NCBI RefSeq assembly: GCF_001194135.2
Contig: NC_068990.1
Span: forward strand, 14,122,744-14,186,321
Length of the DNA stretch: 63,578 bases
DNA from: Octopus bimaculoides
Taxonomy: Eukaryota
Direction: 5' to 3'
The notes beneath the pieces are model-generated. The model was given only the letters and a program-made list of their open reading frames with translations. It searched no databases and was not told where the DNA came from. Every line of letters starts with the position of its first letter. The first letter of the stretch is position 1. Positions 26,791-39,639 of the stretch are shown one piece after another. Made by a program: the position numbers and the translations under genes.

Positions 26791-29314
26791 AGTTATTGAC
26801 GAAAAGGGCCAACGGAAAATAATAATCATTGTTGTATTTTATCGTTATTTTTATTTCAAGTTCTACATTTCACCTATTATCCCTTTTTTTCTCATTTGTC
26901 ATGATATAATTGCTGCTATTACCGTTGTCTCTGTTGTTATTGCTGATCTAGCTGTTGTTGTTGTTGTTGCAGTTTAAATTCAAGCCAGCACCATGCTTTA
27001 CACCAATGTAATATTTTGCATAGCTGAGCTAACTCGTGTATATATAATAGCAAGATATAACCGTTTTTTTTTTATCTCCTCATTTTATTTCTACAACCTC
27101 TCTCGCTGTCCCCTCTCTCTTTCTCTCCCTCTCTCTCTCTTTCACTTTCACACATATATACATGTACGTATACATACATATACATACACGCACACATACA
27201 CTATTTCTTTCTTTCTCACATTCAAACATTGCTGACCTAGCCATACCACTTTAGTCTCGTTCTAACTTCTGTCTTCTTTCTCAGTGTCTTTCTCTTTCAC
27301 ACATAATCTTCTCTGAAATTCTCCCAACACCCCAATAAATATTTCACTCCTTTCCTTGCTCTACCTTCTCTCTTTCACCCTCTCACTTCCTCTCTCTCTC
27401 TCTCCTTATTTCTCTGTCTCTCACTCTTTCTCATTCCTCTTATTTTCTCACACTCAACACATATATTTCGTGCTTGGCTTTCCCACACCACTTCGTCTTT
27501 AAGCATCTCAGTCTTTTTCTTCTTGTCAGCCTCTCTCTTTCCATCTTCCTTTTCGCCTATTCCCGCGGCGGTAAAATTAAAAAAATAAAACCAACAACAA
27601 CGACAGTGGCAACATCAACAACCACAACAACAAAAGCAAAAACATTGTTCCTTAGACTCAGCATTGAGGAACAATCAAAGTAAAGCATCTACAGAGTGTT
27701 TGCGAGAATAAAATTGTAGCAGAACATTTGAAAACGAGGCTTTTTATGCTTCATGATGATACGGGGAATTTTTCAAGACATCTGCTTTGTTTATTAGAAA
27801 TATTAGTTGCATGATCATCATTGGCAATGCAGCTTTCACCACGGGTATCATGAGTTTGTTTCAACAAGAAAATATTTCCATATCCCACCCAACGCTTGTC
27901 GTCTGTATTTCAAGCTAAATTTATGACATAAGAGAAGACAAAGCCATTACACTTCAGGCGACATCTATCTTCTTACTTACAAAAAGTAATAATATAAATA
28001 ATAAATAAATAAACGACTGAAAGCAACGACAAAAAGGAAAAAATAATGAAAGCTAAAAAAAAAAAAATAAATAAAATTCGTATAGAAGACATATAGGTTA
28101 TTTTGATAGTACTTTTACGGACATCAGCAGTTTTGCGCAAGGAAAGGGATACTGTATCAAGCAACAGTAAAATTAAAGATTCACAAAAGTATAACATATT
28201 TTGATTGTCACAATTTCGTATAGTATTTACGCTTTTTTTTATTGTTTTTTTTTTTTAATTGTTCGTCAGTCTTGTGAAAGAAAGAATAAAAAACGACGAA
28301 TTAGATCGAGTAGGATATATTTTTGTGTGAATTGAAGAGTTGTAGTATTCTGAAAATCTGAATAAGCACTTCTTTATATATGTGTTTTTTTTATTCGTAT
28401 TTTGTTGATCTCATAAGGGACCTCTTTGACTTGGTGACACACTTATGTAACAGTTTACTCTACATGACTAAGGCATGTGTAGAATTATGAAGCACTGAAG
28501 AAATTTATGTGATGTCAAGGATTTTATAAATGCCTCGTTTTGAAACATGAATTTAGAATTATACTTCAATGTGTTATTTTATTCAGTCATTATAATAATT
28601 TGTGAGAGATATGCTTGCGAATGAGTGGCAGATTGAGCGATCACGTGGAGTCCTTGGAGGGGAAAATACGCAGACAGGACAGAACTTCTAAAATATCAGA
28701 ACTGTAAGTCCAATGGACTTGCTTCTCTTAAATGGTGACTGTTTTGAAGAAAAGCTTACATAAGACAGCGGAAATCTAGTAAGAGCTTTGCGTAAAACTG
28801 GAGAACCGAATCAATGGTTTTCGAGAAGTGAAACATACGTAGAAATAAATCAACAAAATCAAATGAAATTACAAGATGGTTGTGACTTCAAAGTTTCGCC
28901 AGCAGCGGTTCGTCAGCTAATTTGATGAATGCTGCCTGTAAATCTCCAAATTCATGGTTATCTTGCATTTCATTTACATAAAATATTTAGTTAGGTTCAG
29001 TATCTCTCCTGAGTTAAATGTGCTCGCAAGAGTAGTGGCGTGCATGAGTGATCATGAGTTTCAGCTTAATAATTGATCTGTTATTGATCTACAAGTGCTA
29101 GAGTGAATGTATTCTTCACTCACCTAGCAATTTGTCACAAATTAAACAACGAAAGATTTGGAATAGCAGCAAGTTTATGGAAATTAGTGTTTTGCATTGG
29201 GAAAAATCTTTTACGGAAATTTTAAAAATAAATGTCGCAATAGGCGTGTGGCGAGGTTTGTCTCAGACATATACAATGTCACTTGTGCTAACAGCGTTTC
29301 AAATGAGAAAAATG

Positions 29315-29877
29315 GGATCTATTTTAAAACGGGGGCCACATTTTTCATTAATGTTTTACGTAGTGTTTTTGGTACGGAAAGACTTTCAAACTTCGTATAC
29401 TTATCTATTTTGTGTTATAGAACAGAAGAATATTTTTGTATTCGAATTTATTTCATGTAAAAAATTGTCTTATTTCGATAATTTCAACCAATCACTGACA
29501 AGTATTCAGTTGTTTACATTTACTCCTTTGGCTGATTAAGCGATGTAAAGCGTATTTAATCTCCATACCTTCGTTTTATTTGCTTTTTTCATTTTAAATT
29601 TGCTTTAACCCTAACCCTAACCCTAGGGTTAGGGTTAATTGTTTCAGAATCGTTTGTTTATGTAGTCGGCACTTAATGTATATCGGCTGAATGGACGTCA
29701 GTGATTGGTTGAAATTACATAAATACGACAACTTTAACATGGAATAACTTATGGATTTCTTTTTTTTTTAAGAAGACTAAGAGAAAAAGATGTTTTATAT
29801 GACACATTCTACCAGTGTTCCAAGTTTCAAAGTGTTTCGTTAATGAAAAATGTGGCCCCCGTTTTAAAAAAAGATCC
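29315..29877. mobile_element. Complete 563-bp fold-back MITE with 8-bp TSD and central telomere-repeat palindrome
   Basis: TIR GGATCT(A/T)TTTTAAAACGGGGGCCACATTTTTCATTAA at both ends; TSD gaaaaatg at 29307-29314 and 29878-29885; internal 21-bp inverted repeat at 29479-29499 / 29697-29717; palindrome taaccctaaccctagggttagggtta at 29612-29637. Confidence 0.93.
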
Positions 29878-30144
29878 GAAAAATGTCTACCAAAGATGAT
29901 CCTATATTTGAAAAAGAAAAGACGACGAGCATCTGAGGAAAACAAGAAAAAATATTTATATTCACCTTAGTATAAATATTATTACGTGCCTTGCCGAAGT
30001 ATATAAACAGCAAAAGACGAAGATCAAAACCTGTTTGTAAATTTATACACATTAAGTACCTACTATTTCATAACGTGCAAAGAACACACGCACATACTCA
30101 TGGGCATTACATGTAGACACAGTTGTGTTTATAGATATATTCTT

Positions 30145-30310
30145 TAATTCTTTTGTTTGACTGCGGCCATGCTGGAGCACCGCTTTTAGTCGAACAATTC
30201 GACCCCAGGAGCTTAGTACTTATTCCATCGGTTTCTTTTTCCAAACCGCTAAGTTACGGGGACGCAAACATACCAACATCGGCTGTCAAGCGATGGTGGG
30301 AGACAATACA
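30145..30310 (-). mobile_element. SINE family B 3' part
   Basis: tttgactgcggccatgctggagcaccgc...ctaagttacggggacg. Confidence 0.8.
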
Positions 30311-31139
30311 GACGCACACACACACGCGTGCGTGCGTGCGTGCGTGCGTACGCACACAAAACACACACACACACACACATATATTGTTTATACGAAATGA
30401 GAAATACAGAGACTCTCTCAAACCAGTCATCTATTTCCTTACATTAATTACTGGAATCTACGGTTTCACAGAATGCGCAACTGGTAGTACTTTCATGAAG
30501 AACTTCCAGCGATTGATACTGCCTAAAGATTGACACAGAAGTAATTTAAGAAAATAAGTAATAAGGGAATTCACTGCATGGAGAATTTCCATATTAAACC
30601 GTACACCAACAGTCACAGGCGTCGGCTGTGGAATTGCTTGTTATTAGAACGAAGTCAAAGTTTTCTGAAGTGTAGAATTAGGCTGTAGCGTGGTTCTTCA
30701 GCAGTGGTTCGCAGATGAAACTGGAAAGAAGTGTCTTCTGTCCAGTTCTGTTTTGTAAGGTGCTGCTTGTTCCTCTCAGAGACTGTCTAACAAGGCGTTA
30801 GTTTATGGAACAGAACGGTCTGAAACAAGTGTTTTGGTTCATTTCTTATATATATATATATATATATGTATNNNNNNNNNNNNNNNNNNTATATATATAT
30901 ATATATATGTTTATGATTATCTAGAAGCGAGTTTGGGCACAATTCATCAGACGAAATGTGTGATTCTATTGACGTCTGATTTAATGTTGAGAGTCTGCCA
31001 GCATAGAACAATCATAGAATAGCCTCAATATAAGGCAAACATAGCAGATGGGTGGGGACAGAATAAGATAATAATTCCTCTTAATTTAGGCACAAGTCCT
31101 GGATTCTGCCAGCTCGTTGCTTTCTGGATGTAGGTAATA

Positions 31140-31352
31140 ATCCTCTCTACTATAGACACAAAGCCTCAAACCTTGTGAATGGGGGTAATCAGTTACATTG
31201 ACCCCAGTATTCAGCTGGTACTTATTTTATCGACCCCGAAAGGATGAAAGGCAAAGTCGACCTTGTGGAATTTGAACTTAGAACTTAAAGATGGACGAAA
31301 TACCGCTAAGCATTTTGGTCGGCGTGCTAACGATTCTGCCTACTCGCTGCCC
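31140..31352 (-). mobile_element. SINE family A copy
   Basis: atcgaccccgaaaggatgaaaggcaaagtcgacc core; head ends ctcgctgcc. Confidence 0.85.
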
Positions 31353-32681
31353 TTTTAATATAATTGATAATGCCACATGATCATGAACAAATGTAAAGAA
31401 GAATTTAAAAGAATAATCACACGTAACTGGACAATACTAAAATGAGATAAAAATAGGACAGTGTTACGTGCACCGGAAATAGGACAATACCATATATGTA
31501 ACAGATATTTAATTATGCCAGCAATGGGAGGACATGAACGATGCAATAAAAAGCTTAGCAATTGCGAGAGAAAATCTAAAATGAAAATAAAAACATGCTT
31601 GTCTCAAATAACAAGAATGTATATTTCGCTAACAGTTTAGAAGTGTGGGAAGGAAATCAAAATGTTCTGATGCTTTCCACCCGTAAAGACATCAAACAGA
31701 AGTAAACAAGATTAACAGAGACAATATATCCCAATGCATTAGGAGTCAATGAAGCGGTGGGGGCTTATCAAATAGAAATATTATGATAAGTAAAGGCGAT
31801 GAGATTCGAAGAAAAAAAGAGTCGATAAGAAACAAACAAAACTATACATATCATACGGGGTCGATGTTAAATATGATACACTACGTTTATATTACATCAA
31901 CATGCCAGTTATCTGTCTATCTATCAATCTATCTGTCTGCCTAACTATTTATCTGTCTATCTATCTGTCTATCTATATGCATGCGCGGCTGTCTGGATGT
32001 GTTTCTATGGTGTCTGCTTAACTATGATTATAAACATATTATCAAGAAAGGTTTCCATTACAGTTCTAAGTTCCAGATTTGATGAGAACGACATACCTTG
32101 CAATGAGAATTTAAAACACTTTAAACACACACACACACACACACACACGAAAATATACGGAATATAATGATGAGAAAAATTATGATAATGAGGCTGCTGT
32201 TAATACAACTACTATTACTACTACTATTAGTAGTAGTAGCAGCAGCAGCAGCGCTGGCGGTGGCGGTAGTAGTAGTAGTAGTAACAACAATAACATCATC
32301 ATCATGATGCTGATCTGGGAGGCGTAAACAGGGTAAGAACTATTCCAGACACAGTAACACACACACACACACGTACACACACACACACACACACACACAC
32401 AATGATACAATTAGAGAACATTAGGACATAAGTTTCCAAACCTCAGATAAAAATATTTCACATCGAAACATAAGGTGTCAGCTCGGTTGTTTAATAAGAT
32501 ACCAAAGAAGCTGGAGGCAACATCCGGTTGTTTCTATGTGCTGCGATGAATGGTATATTAATCTCCAAGATTACTGGGACAAGCAAACACTAACGACAAC
32601 AGAATCCATTACCTGCTTGCATGCGGTTTACTTAACTGCTAGAGAGTAAACAAACAAACAAGCAAAACAAATAAATAAATA

Positions 32682-32861
32682 GACGCAGGAGTGGCTGTGT
32701 GGTAAGTAGCTTGCTTACTAACCACATGGTTCCGGGTTCAGTCCCACTGCGTGGCACCTTGGGCAAGTGTCTTCTACTATAGCCTCGGGCCGATCAAAGC
32801 CTTGTAAGTGAATTTGGTAGATGGAAACTGAAAGAAGCCCGTCGTATATGTATATATATAT
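32682..32861 (+). mobile_element. SINE family B 5' half, cut by a gap at its internal microsatellite
   Basis: agacgcaggagtggctgtgtggtaagtagc...accttgggcaagtgtc...gaagcccgtcgtata. Confidence 0.88.
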
Positions 32862-33854
32862 NNNNNNNNNNNNNNNNNNNNNNNNNNNNNNNNNNNNNNN
32901 NNNNNNNNNNNNNNNNNNNNNNNNNNNNNNNNNNNNNNNNNNNNNNNNNNNNNNNNNNNNNNNNNNNNNNNNNNNNNNNNNNNNNNNNNNNNNNNNNNNN
33001 NNNNNNNNNNNNNNNNNNNNNNNNNNNNNNNNNNNNNNNNNNNNNNNNNNNNNNNNNNNNNNNNNNNNNNNNNNNNNNNNNNNNNNNNNNNNNNNNNNNN
33101 NNNNNNNNNNNNNNNNNNNNNNNNNNNNNNNNNNNNNNNNNNNNNNNNNNNNNNNNNNNNNNNNNNNNNNNNNNNNNNNNNNNNNNNNNNNNNNNNNNNN
33201 NNNNNNNNNNNNNNNNNNNNNNNNNNNNNNNNNNNNNNNNNNNNNNNNNNNNNNNNNNNNNNNNNNNNNNNNNNNNNNNNNNNNNNNNNNNNNNNNNNNN
33301 NNNNNNNNNNNNNNNNNNNNNNNNNNNNNNNNNNNNNNNNNNNNNNNNNNNNNNNNNNNNNNNNNNNNNNNNNNNNNNNNNNNNNNNNNNNNNNNNNNNN
33401 NNNNNNNNNNNNNNNNNNNNNNNNNNNNNNNNNNNNNNNNNNNNNNNNNNNNNNNNNNNNNNNNNNNNNNNNNNNNNNNNNNNNNNNNNNNNNNNNNNNN
33501 NNNNNNNNNNNNNNNNNNNNNNNNNNNNNNNNNNNNNNNNNNNNNNNNNNNNNNNNNNNNNNNNNNNNNNNNNNNNNNNNNNNNNNNNNNNNNNNNNNNN
33601 NNNNNNNNNNNNNNNNNNNNNNNNNNNNNNNNNNNNNNNNNNNNNNNNNNNNNNNNNNNNNNNNNNNNNNNNNNNNNNNAGCATTTTGCCCGGCATGCTA
33701 ACAGTTCTGCCAAATCGCCGCCTTAAGGATCCTTGAACTATTAACAACGCCAGCACCAATGGTAAGGTAACATCAATGATAAGCTGGTGCATAAAATACA
33801 TCATGCGTAAAAGGCAACCTATTCTGGAATTATAAAAATTTATACCATTTTTTA

Positions 33855-34896
33855 TCATAACGGGAGTATTCCAAGGGGTTTCCCTTTCTGTACTTCTCTC
33901 CTACCTGACGCTTATACCTTTAGCCAACATATTAAACCCAAAGGCGAATTGGAGACAAATGATAAGTAAGCAAAATCTACAATCTTATTTGATATAATGG
34001 AAGAACTGCTGTGAGATTCGCATTGGAAAAATACATCAAGGGAACACCGAAGAGAAAAAAATTTAATTATAAACACTATTAGGATACTAAATAAAGAAAT
34101 GGAGATACGTGGATTAGACCAAGCACAGATTTACAAACATTTTGGTTGTAATTAACTAGGTAGAATACGATACACACAAATGAAAGAAAAAGTTAGAAAG
34201 GAATGTTATGAATGCATTGCGTAATACTTAAAACGGAGTTAAATGCATCATATAAAGTAACAGGTACTAATACTTCGTTACAGGAAGAAGCAGTTCTAAC
34301 ATTTTCAACTGAAAGCTAAATGAACTAGCATGATTAGACGTAAAAACATGAAAATAATAACTGCATTTAGAATAGACCACCCAAAATCTGACATAGAAAG
34401 GTTATATCTCCCACGAATACGGGGAGGGTGGGAGTTTATGCAAATAGTAAACTATTATAAAATATCCTCTGTTGAAGTAAAAAATGGAATACGTAGTAAA
34501 AATTATCGAAAGCCAATACAAATAAAATACAAGACACGACGAAAACAAAACACTTCGTTTTATATTCAAGGACGCCAAAAACAAAATGCAAAACAGAAAT
34601 TGTAAAGTAAGACAGCTGTGAGGAGAAAGGTAAAACAACATTCGTGAAAAAGTAAAATGTATGCTAAAAGTGATGTTACAGAATGTTATGTTAAAGCAAT
34701 GGTTAAAAAAAAAGTCCCTACTTGGGTAATATCTTCAAGAAAAAGATATAAAGAGTGTTAGGTGACGAAGAAAAAGTGCGTCTATGGCTGGGAAGTGCAG
34801 GACTCAGAGCTGATACTCAAGGAATTTTGATTTTGAAGCTCAGGTCAAACCTTCTATTATAAACCATCAGAAGTGTATAATAAAGCAGAATATATT
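33855..34896 (+). pseudogene. Decayed R4/Dong-clade non-LTR retrotransposon (RT and downstream region)
   Basis: Motifs GVFQGVSLSVLL..LTLIPL (GIFQGDSLSPLLF), ILKTELNA, HPKSDIERLYLPRIRGG (HPKSDxxRLYLPRxxGGRGL) and WLGSAGLRADTQG; many stops and indels. Confidence 0.85.
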
Positions 34897-35379
34897 NNNN
34901 NNNNNNNNNNNNNNNNNNNNNNNNNNNNNNNNNNNNNNNNNNNNNNNNNNNNNNNNNNNNNNNNNNNNNNNNNNNNNNNNNNNNNNNNNNNNNNNNNNNN
35001 NNNNNNNNNNNNNNNNNNNNNNNNNNNNNNNNNNNNNNNNNNNNNNNNNNNTAATCCACCAAGGGAAGGTATGTCAGAAGAAAGTAATTCAACAACGCGG
35101 GTTGATGAACCGTAAGACGTGTGGCCAAAACCTCCTGGAAAATAACCATAGCGAGGGACATTCCACAGTTGAATTAGAACGGTCACAAACAGTGAAAGAA
35201 GACATGCACCCAACACCAGAGCTGAAGATACCTCCGAAAGGGGGTGGCCCTGCCACGTCAAAACGGTAGAGGAGTAGGGGCCGAAACCGGACGTGGTTCC
35301 TCCTGATGATGTCTTGAGCTAACTGGATCCTATAAAGGAGCTGTTGTGGTAGCAGACCACGAAACATGGTTGAAATTCC

Positions 35380-36415
35380 TCAGTACTTATTCTATATACC
35401 TCGAAATAATGAAAGGCAAAGTCGACCTCGGCGGGATTTGAACTCAGAACGTGAAGCTGGAAGAAATGCCGTTAAGTATTTTGTCCGATGTGTTAACGAT
35501 TATGTCAGCTCACTGCCTTTTAATGATAATCCTTTCTACTCTAGGCACAACGCCTGAAATTCGGGGGGAAGGCGCAGGTGACTACATCGACCCCAATGCT
35601 TGACTGGTACTTATTTTTAGCGGCCCCATAAGAATAAAAAGCAAATTCGACCTCGGTGGCATTTGAACTCAGATCCTAAAGAGCTAGAAGAAATGGTGAA
35701 AGGAATTTAATACGACGCTTTACTATTCTACAGTCATTTCATTATTATGCACAATGGTTAGGGTGGTGAGCTGGCAGAATCGTTAGTGCGTTGGACGAAA
35801 TGCTTAACCGTATTTCGCCCGTCGCTACGTTCTGAGTTCAAATTCCACCGAGGTCGACTCTGCCTTTCATCCTTTCGGGTTCGATAAATTAGGTACCAGC
35901 TGAACACTAGAGTCGATGTAATCTACTATTCCCCACCATAAATTTCAGGCCTTGTGCCTATAACAGAAAGGATTATTATGTACAGGGGTTAGGGTGGCGA
36001 ACTGGCAGAATCGTTAGCACGCCGAGCGAAATGCTTAGCGGTATTTCGTCTGCCGTTACGTTCTGTGTTCAAATTCCGCCGAGGTCGACTTTGCCTTTCA
36101 TCTTTTCGGGGGTCGATAAATTAAGCACCAGTTACGCACTGGGTTCGATGTAATCGACTTAACCCATTTGTCTGTCCATGTTTGTCCCTTCTATGTTTAA
36201 CCCCTTGTGGGCAATAAAGAAATGTTTGTGCGCTGGATGAAATGCTTAGCAGTATTCCACCCATCGCTACATTCTGAATTCAAATTCTGCCGTGATCGAC
36301 TTTGCCTTTCATCCTCTCGTGGTCGATAAAATAAAGACCATTTGAATACTGGGGTCGATGTAATCGACTGTCATCTGACCATAAATTTCAGGCCTTGTGC
36401 TAATAACAGAAAGGA
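35380..36415. mobile_element. Dense SINE family A cluster (two minus-strand then three plus-strand copies)
   Basis: Copies at about 35380-35520 (-), 35535-35700 (-), 35760-35975 (+), 35990-36222 (+) and 36223-36415 (+). Confidence 0.88.
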
Positions 36416-36590
36416 TTATTATGTGCAAGGGATCGAAAGTATGCCATAAAATGAAAAGTGCGTTGATCAAGGGACTTGGAAATAGATGTTGGCGGTATCC
36501 GACACCTCACGTAAAGACGAGGACAAAATTGAAAGACGTTATACGATTAAAGTTGGGACAGAGCGGAATAAATGGAAAAATACAATAAAA

Positions 36591-36877
36591 CATATTCTGT
36601 TGTGTCTGGGGAGAGTCATTTTCTTATCGTGCCTTAAAATTTAACACATTCACCGTTAAAATTTCCACTCATTTCTTATTTTTATTTTCCTAAAATTTTC
36701 GTTGCGTCTTGCAACCTTTTCAATAGTCTTGAGGAAAATAAAAAAATAGTCTTGAGGAAAATAAAAAATAGTCTTTAGGAAAATAGAAATAAGAAATAAG
36801 CGGAAATTTTAACGGTGAGTGTGTGAAATTTTAAGGCACGGTAAGAAAATAACTCTCCACAGACACAACAGAATATG
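36591..36877. mobile_element. MITE with about 100-bp TIRs and central tandem subrepeats
   Basis: catattctgttgtgtctg.ggagagt.attttctta.cgtgccttaaaattt... mirrored at the right end. Target ambiguous (TA or ATAT within catatg). Confidence 0.88.
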
Positions 36878-37268
36878 CTTCAATACACGAAATCACATAA
36901 AAAATCTTGCAAACCAAATCCAAAAACGAAATACAATAAAACATTCAAAATTAAAAGAAGAAATACTTTAAACAGAAAATAAAGCGAAAGCCATTTATGG
37001 TTCTCACCCATATATGGTAGGAAATCATTGGCCAGGCAGAGTTTCTTCATCTCGTCATTGCTCATTCTACAGGCTTGTTTACCCAAAGATAACCGTTAAT
37101 GCTTCCGAGTAGTTTGGACTAGAAAACTGTGCACGTCATTACATTGTACCTGCTTTAATCCGTTGTAATATATATATATATATTGTTTACTTTTATGAAT
37201 ATCCTGTCGAATTAGTGTAAAGTATATTTTATTCCATCACCACTTCATTCTCAGTAATTAACACATAC

Positions 37269-37384
37269 CTGCGATAACTCTTGTACTGTAAATGTGTGAT
37301 TGTACCTTTTATATATTGGTTCGACGTACGAAAGACAGAGAAATTTTAATTCATTGTCCTCCATATCGTTATCATCTGTTGTTC
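37269..37384 (-). CDS. Possible internal exon (phase 1 to 0): GTTDDNDMEDNELKFLCLSYVEPIYKRYNHTFTVQELSQ
   Basis: Acceptor tgttccccatAG, strong donor CAG|GTATGT, open frame of 116 nt. No recognisable homology; could be a transposon remnant. Confidence 0.22.
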
Positions 37385-38384
37385 CTATGGGGAACATCGT
37401 TGTTGTTTCGAAGAGGCTGCTTTTACTCATCCACCTTTGTTACTTTTCATTGGTATCACCCTTCTTTTGGATGAATTATTTTTCTTCTTCCGTCTTGCAT
37501 TTTTCCCGACGGTCTGAAAGAACAACAATAACACTCGCAAACATATTTGCGCCTGAGTGTTGTTACCGATACTGCTATCGAAATCATTTCTTTTCCCATT
37601 AAAGGCTGATTTAAATGCGCCATTTTTTTTCTTTTCAGTTTCAAAAATTAATTATGTGTTGCAGTTTCTTTCGGCGCTATCGTTTCTTTTTCGTATTTGT
37701 ACTGCTGTGTTATTTAAATTTTTTTGTTAGTTTGTTTGAGGGCGTATTGTATTCGTTTTGTAGACATTTGACGTGAATCTGTTGTCCAAATGTAAAATCA
37801 AATAAAATATAGGATTTGTTATGACAATCATTTTTAATTTAGGCCCAAGAGTCGTAATTTGGTGGAAAGTGATGGGAGAGAAGGGGTAAGTGGCGGATAG
37901 TCTATTTTATCGAAGCTAGTGCTTGACTGATAATTTTAAGATATGATTCAACGAAAGAATCTCCCGTGAATAAAATTCGACAAGGAGATAACAATAAAAG
38001 ACGCCAAAGCAACAATCACTGACTTAACGAATTAGCGTGAAGCATCAATGTCACAAGTTTGAGCTAATTAATATATGTAGCAATCACAGTATTCCCAAAA
38101 GTATGAGGTTACATCCTCAAATCTACTCAAGAATATGAAAAACGTAAAAACGAACAACAAAAACAGAAAGAAAATAAGTGATACCGCTCAATCTTTCATT
38201 ACAGCAATGAAGAAAACCACTACAATAGAAATGTTGATTAAGGAAATATTAACCCAAGGAAAATGAAAAGTGATAACGATTCTCTGAACAGAACAAATGG
38301 TTCGATTCCAGCCGAAAACTAATTTAGGAATGAGTGAAAAGTTGTTTATTTTTTTAAATCAGCCGTGTACCAATATTTTTTTCT

Positions 38385-38890
38385 ACTCTAGGCACAAGGT
38401 CCGAAATTTTTGGGGAAGGGGCCAGTCGATTAGATCGACCCCAGTATGCAACTGGCACTTAATTTATCGACCCCGAAAACATGAAAGGCAAAGTCGACCT
38501 CGGTGGAATTTGAACCTAAAGACACATGAAATAATGTTAAACATTGCGCCCGGCTTGCTAACGTTTCTTATTTCTTTATTGCCCACAAGGGGCTAAACAT
38601 AGAGGGGACAAACAAGGACATACAAAGGGATTAAGTCGATTACATCGACTCCAGTGCACAACGGGTACTTGATTTATCGACCCCGAAAGGATGAAAGGCA
38701 AAGTCGACCTCGGCGGAATTTGAACTGAGAACGTAACGCCAGACGAAATACCTATTTCTTTACTGCCCACAAGGGGTTATACACAGAGGGGACAAACAAG
38801 GACAGACAAACAGATTAAGTCGATTATATCGACCCCAGTGCGTAACTGGTACTTATTTAATCGACCCCGAAAGGATGAAAGGCAAAGTCG
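38385..38890 (-). mobile_element. Three head-to-tail SINE family A copies running into a gap
   Basis: Core repeated near 38465, 38675 and 38860. Confidence 0.88.
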
Positions 38891-39569
38891 NNNNNNNNNN
38901 NNNNNNNNNNNNNNNNNNNNNNNNNNNNNNNNNNNNNNNNNNNNNNNNNNNNNNNNNNNNNNNNNNNNNNNNNNNNNNNNNNNNNNNNNNNNNNNNNNNN
39001 NNNNNNNNNNNNNNNNNNNNNNNNNNNNNNNNNNNNNNNNNNNNNNNNNNNNNNNNNNNNNNNNNNNNNNNNNNNNNNNNNNNNNNNNNNNNNNNNNNNN
39101 NNNNNNNNNNNNNNNNNNNNNNNNNNNNNNNNNNNNNNNNNNNNNNNNNNNNNNNNNNNNNNNNNNNNNNNNNNNNNNNNNNNNNNNNNNNNNNNNNNNN
39201 NNNNNNNNNNNNNNNNNNNNNNNNNNNNNNNNNNNNNNNNNNNNNNNNNNNNNNNNNNNNNNNNNNNNNNNNNNNNNNNNNNNNNNNNNNNNNNNNNNNN
39301 NNNNNNNNNNNNNNNNNNNNNNNNNNNNNNNNNNNNNNNNNNNNNNNNNNNNNNNNNNNNNNNNNNNNNNNNNNNNNNNNNNNNNNNNNNNNNNNNNNNN
39401 NNNNNNNNNNNNNNNNNNNNNNNNNNNNNNNNNNNNNNNNNNNNNNNNNNNNNNNNNNNNNNNNNNNNNNNNNNNNNNNNNNNNNNNNNNNNNNNNNNNN
39501 NNNNNNNNNNNNNNNNNNNNNNNNNNNNNNNNNNNNNNNNNNNNNNNNNNNNNNNNNNNNNNNNNNNNN

Positions 39570-39609
39570 TTCGTTAATGAAAAATGTGGCCCCCGTTTTA
39601 AAAAAGATC
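39570..39609. mobile_element. Right terminus of a third copy of the fold-back MITE (rest in gap)
   Basis: tcgttaatgaaaaatgtggcccccgttttaaaaaagatcc, identical to the right end of the 29315 copy. Confidence 0.85.
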
Positions 39610-39639
39610 CGAATCGTTATTCTGCTGGGTTATTATTTA

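Noticed and set aside
27744-27851. Signal-peptide-like MIPVVKAALPMMIMQLIFLINKA (minus strand)
   Set aside because: The frame closes after 35 codons and there is no credible donor.
27973-28197. Signal-peptide-like ORF MLYFCESLILLLLDTVSLS (minus strand)
   Set aside because: No good donor before the frame runs into T-rich low-complexity sequence.
29132-29539. 135-aa and 87-aa ORFs
   Set aside because: They run through the MITE TIR; the same peptide recurs at the 7652 copy.
29612-29637. Telomere-fusion scar
   Set aside because: Polarity is CCCTAA then TTAGGG, the opposite of an end-to-end fusion, and it lies inside a TSD-flanked MITE.
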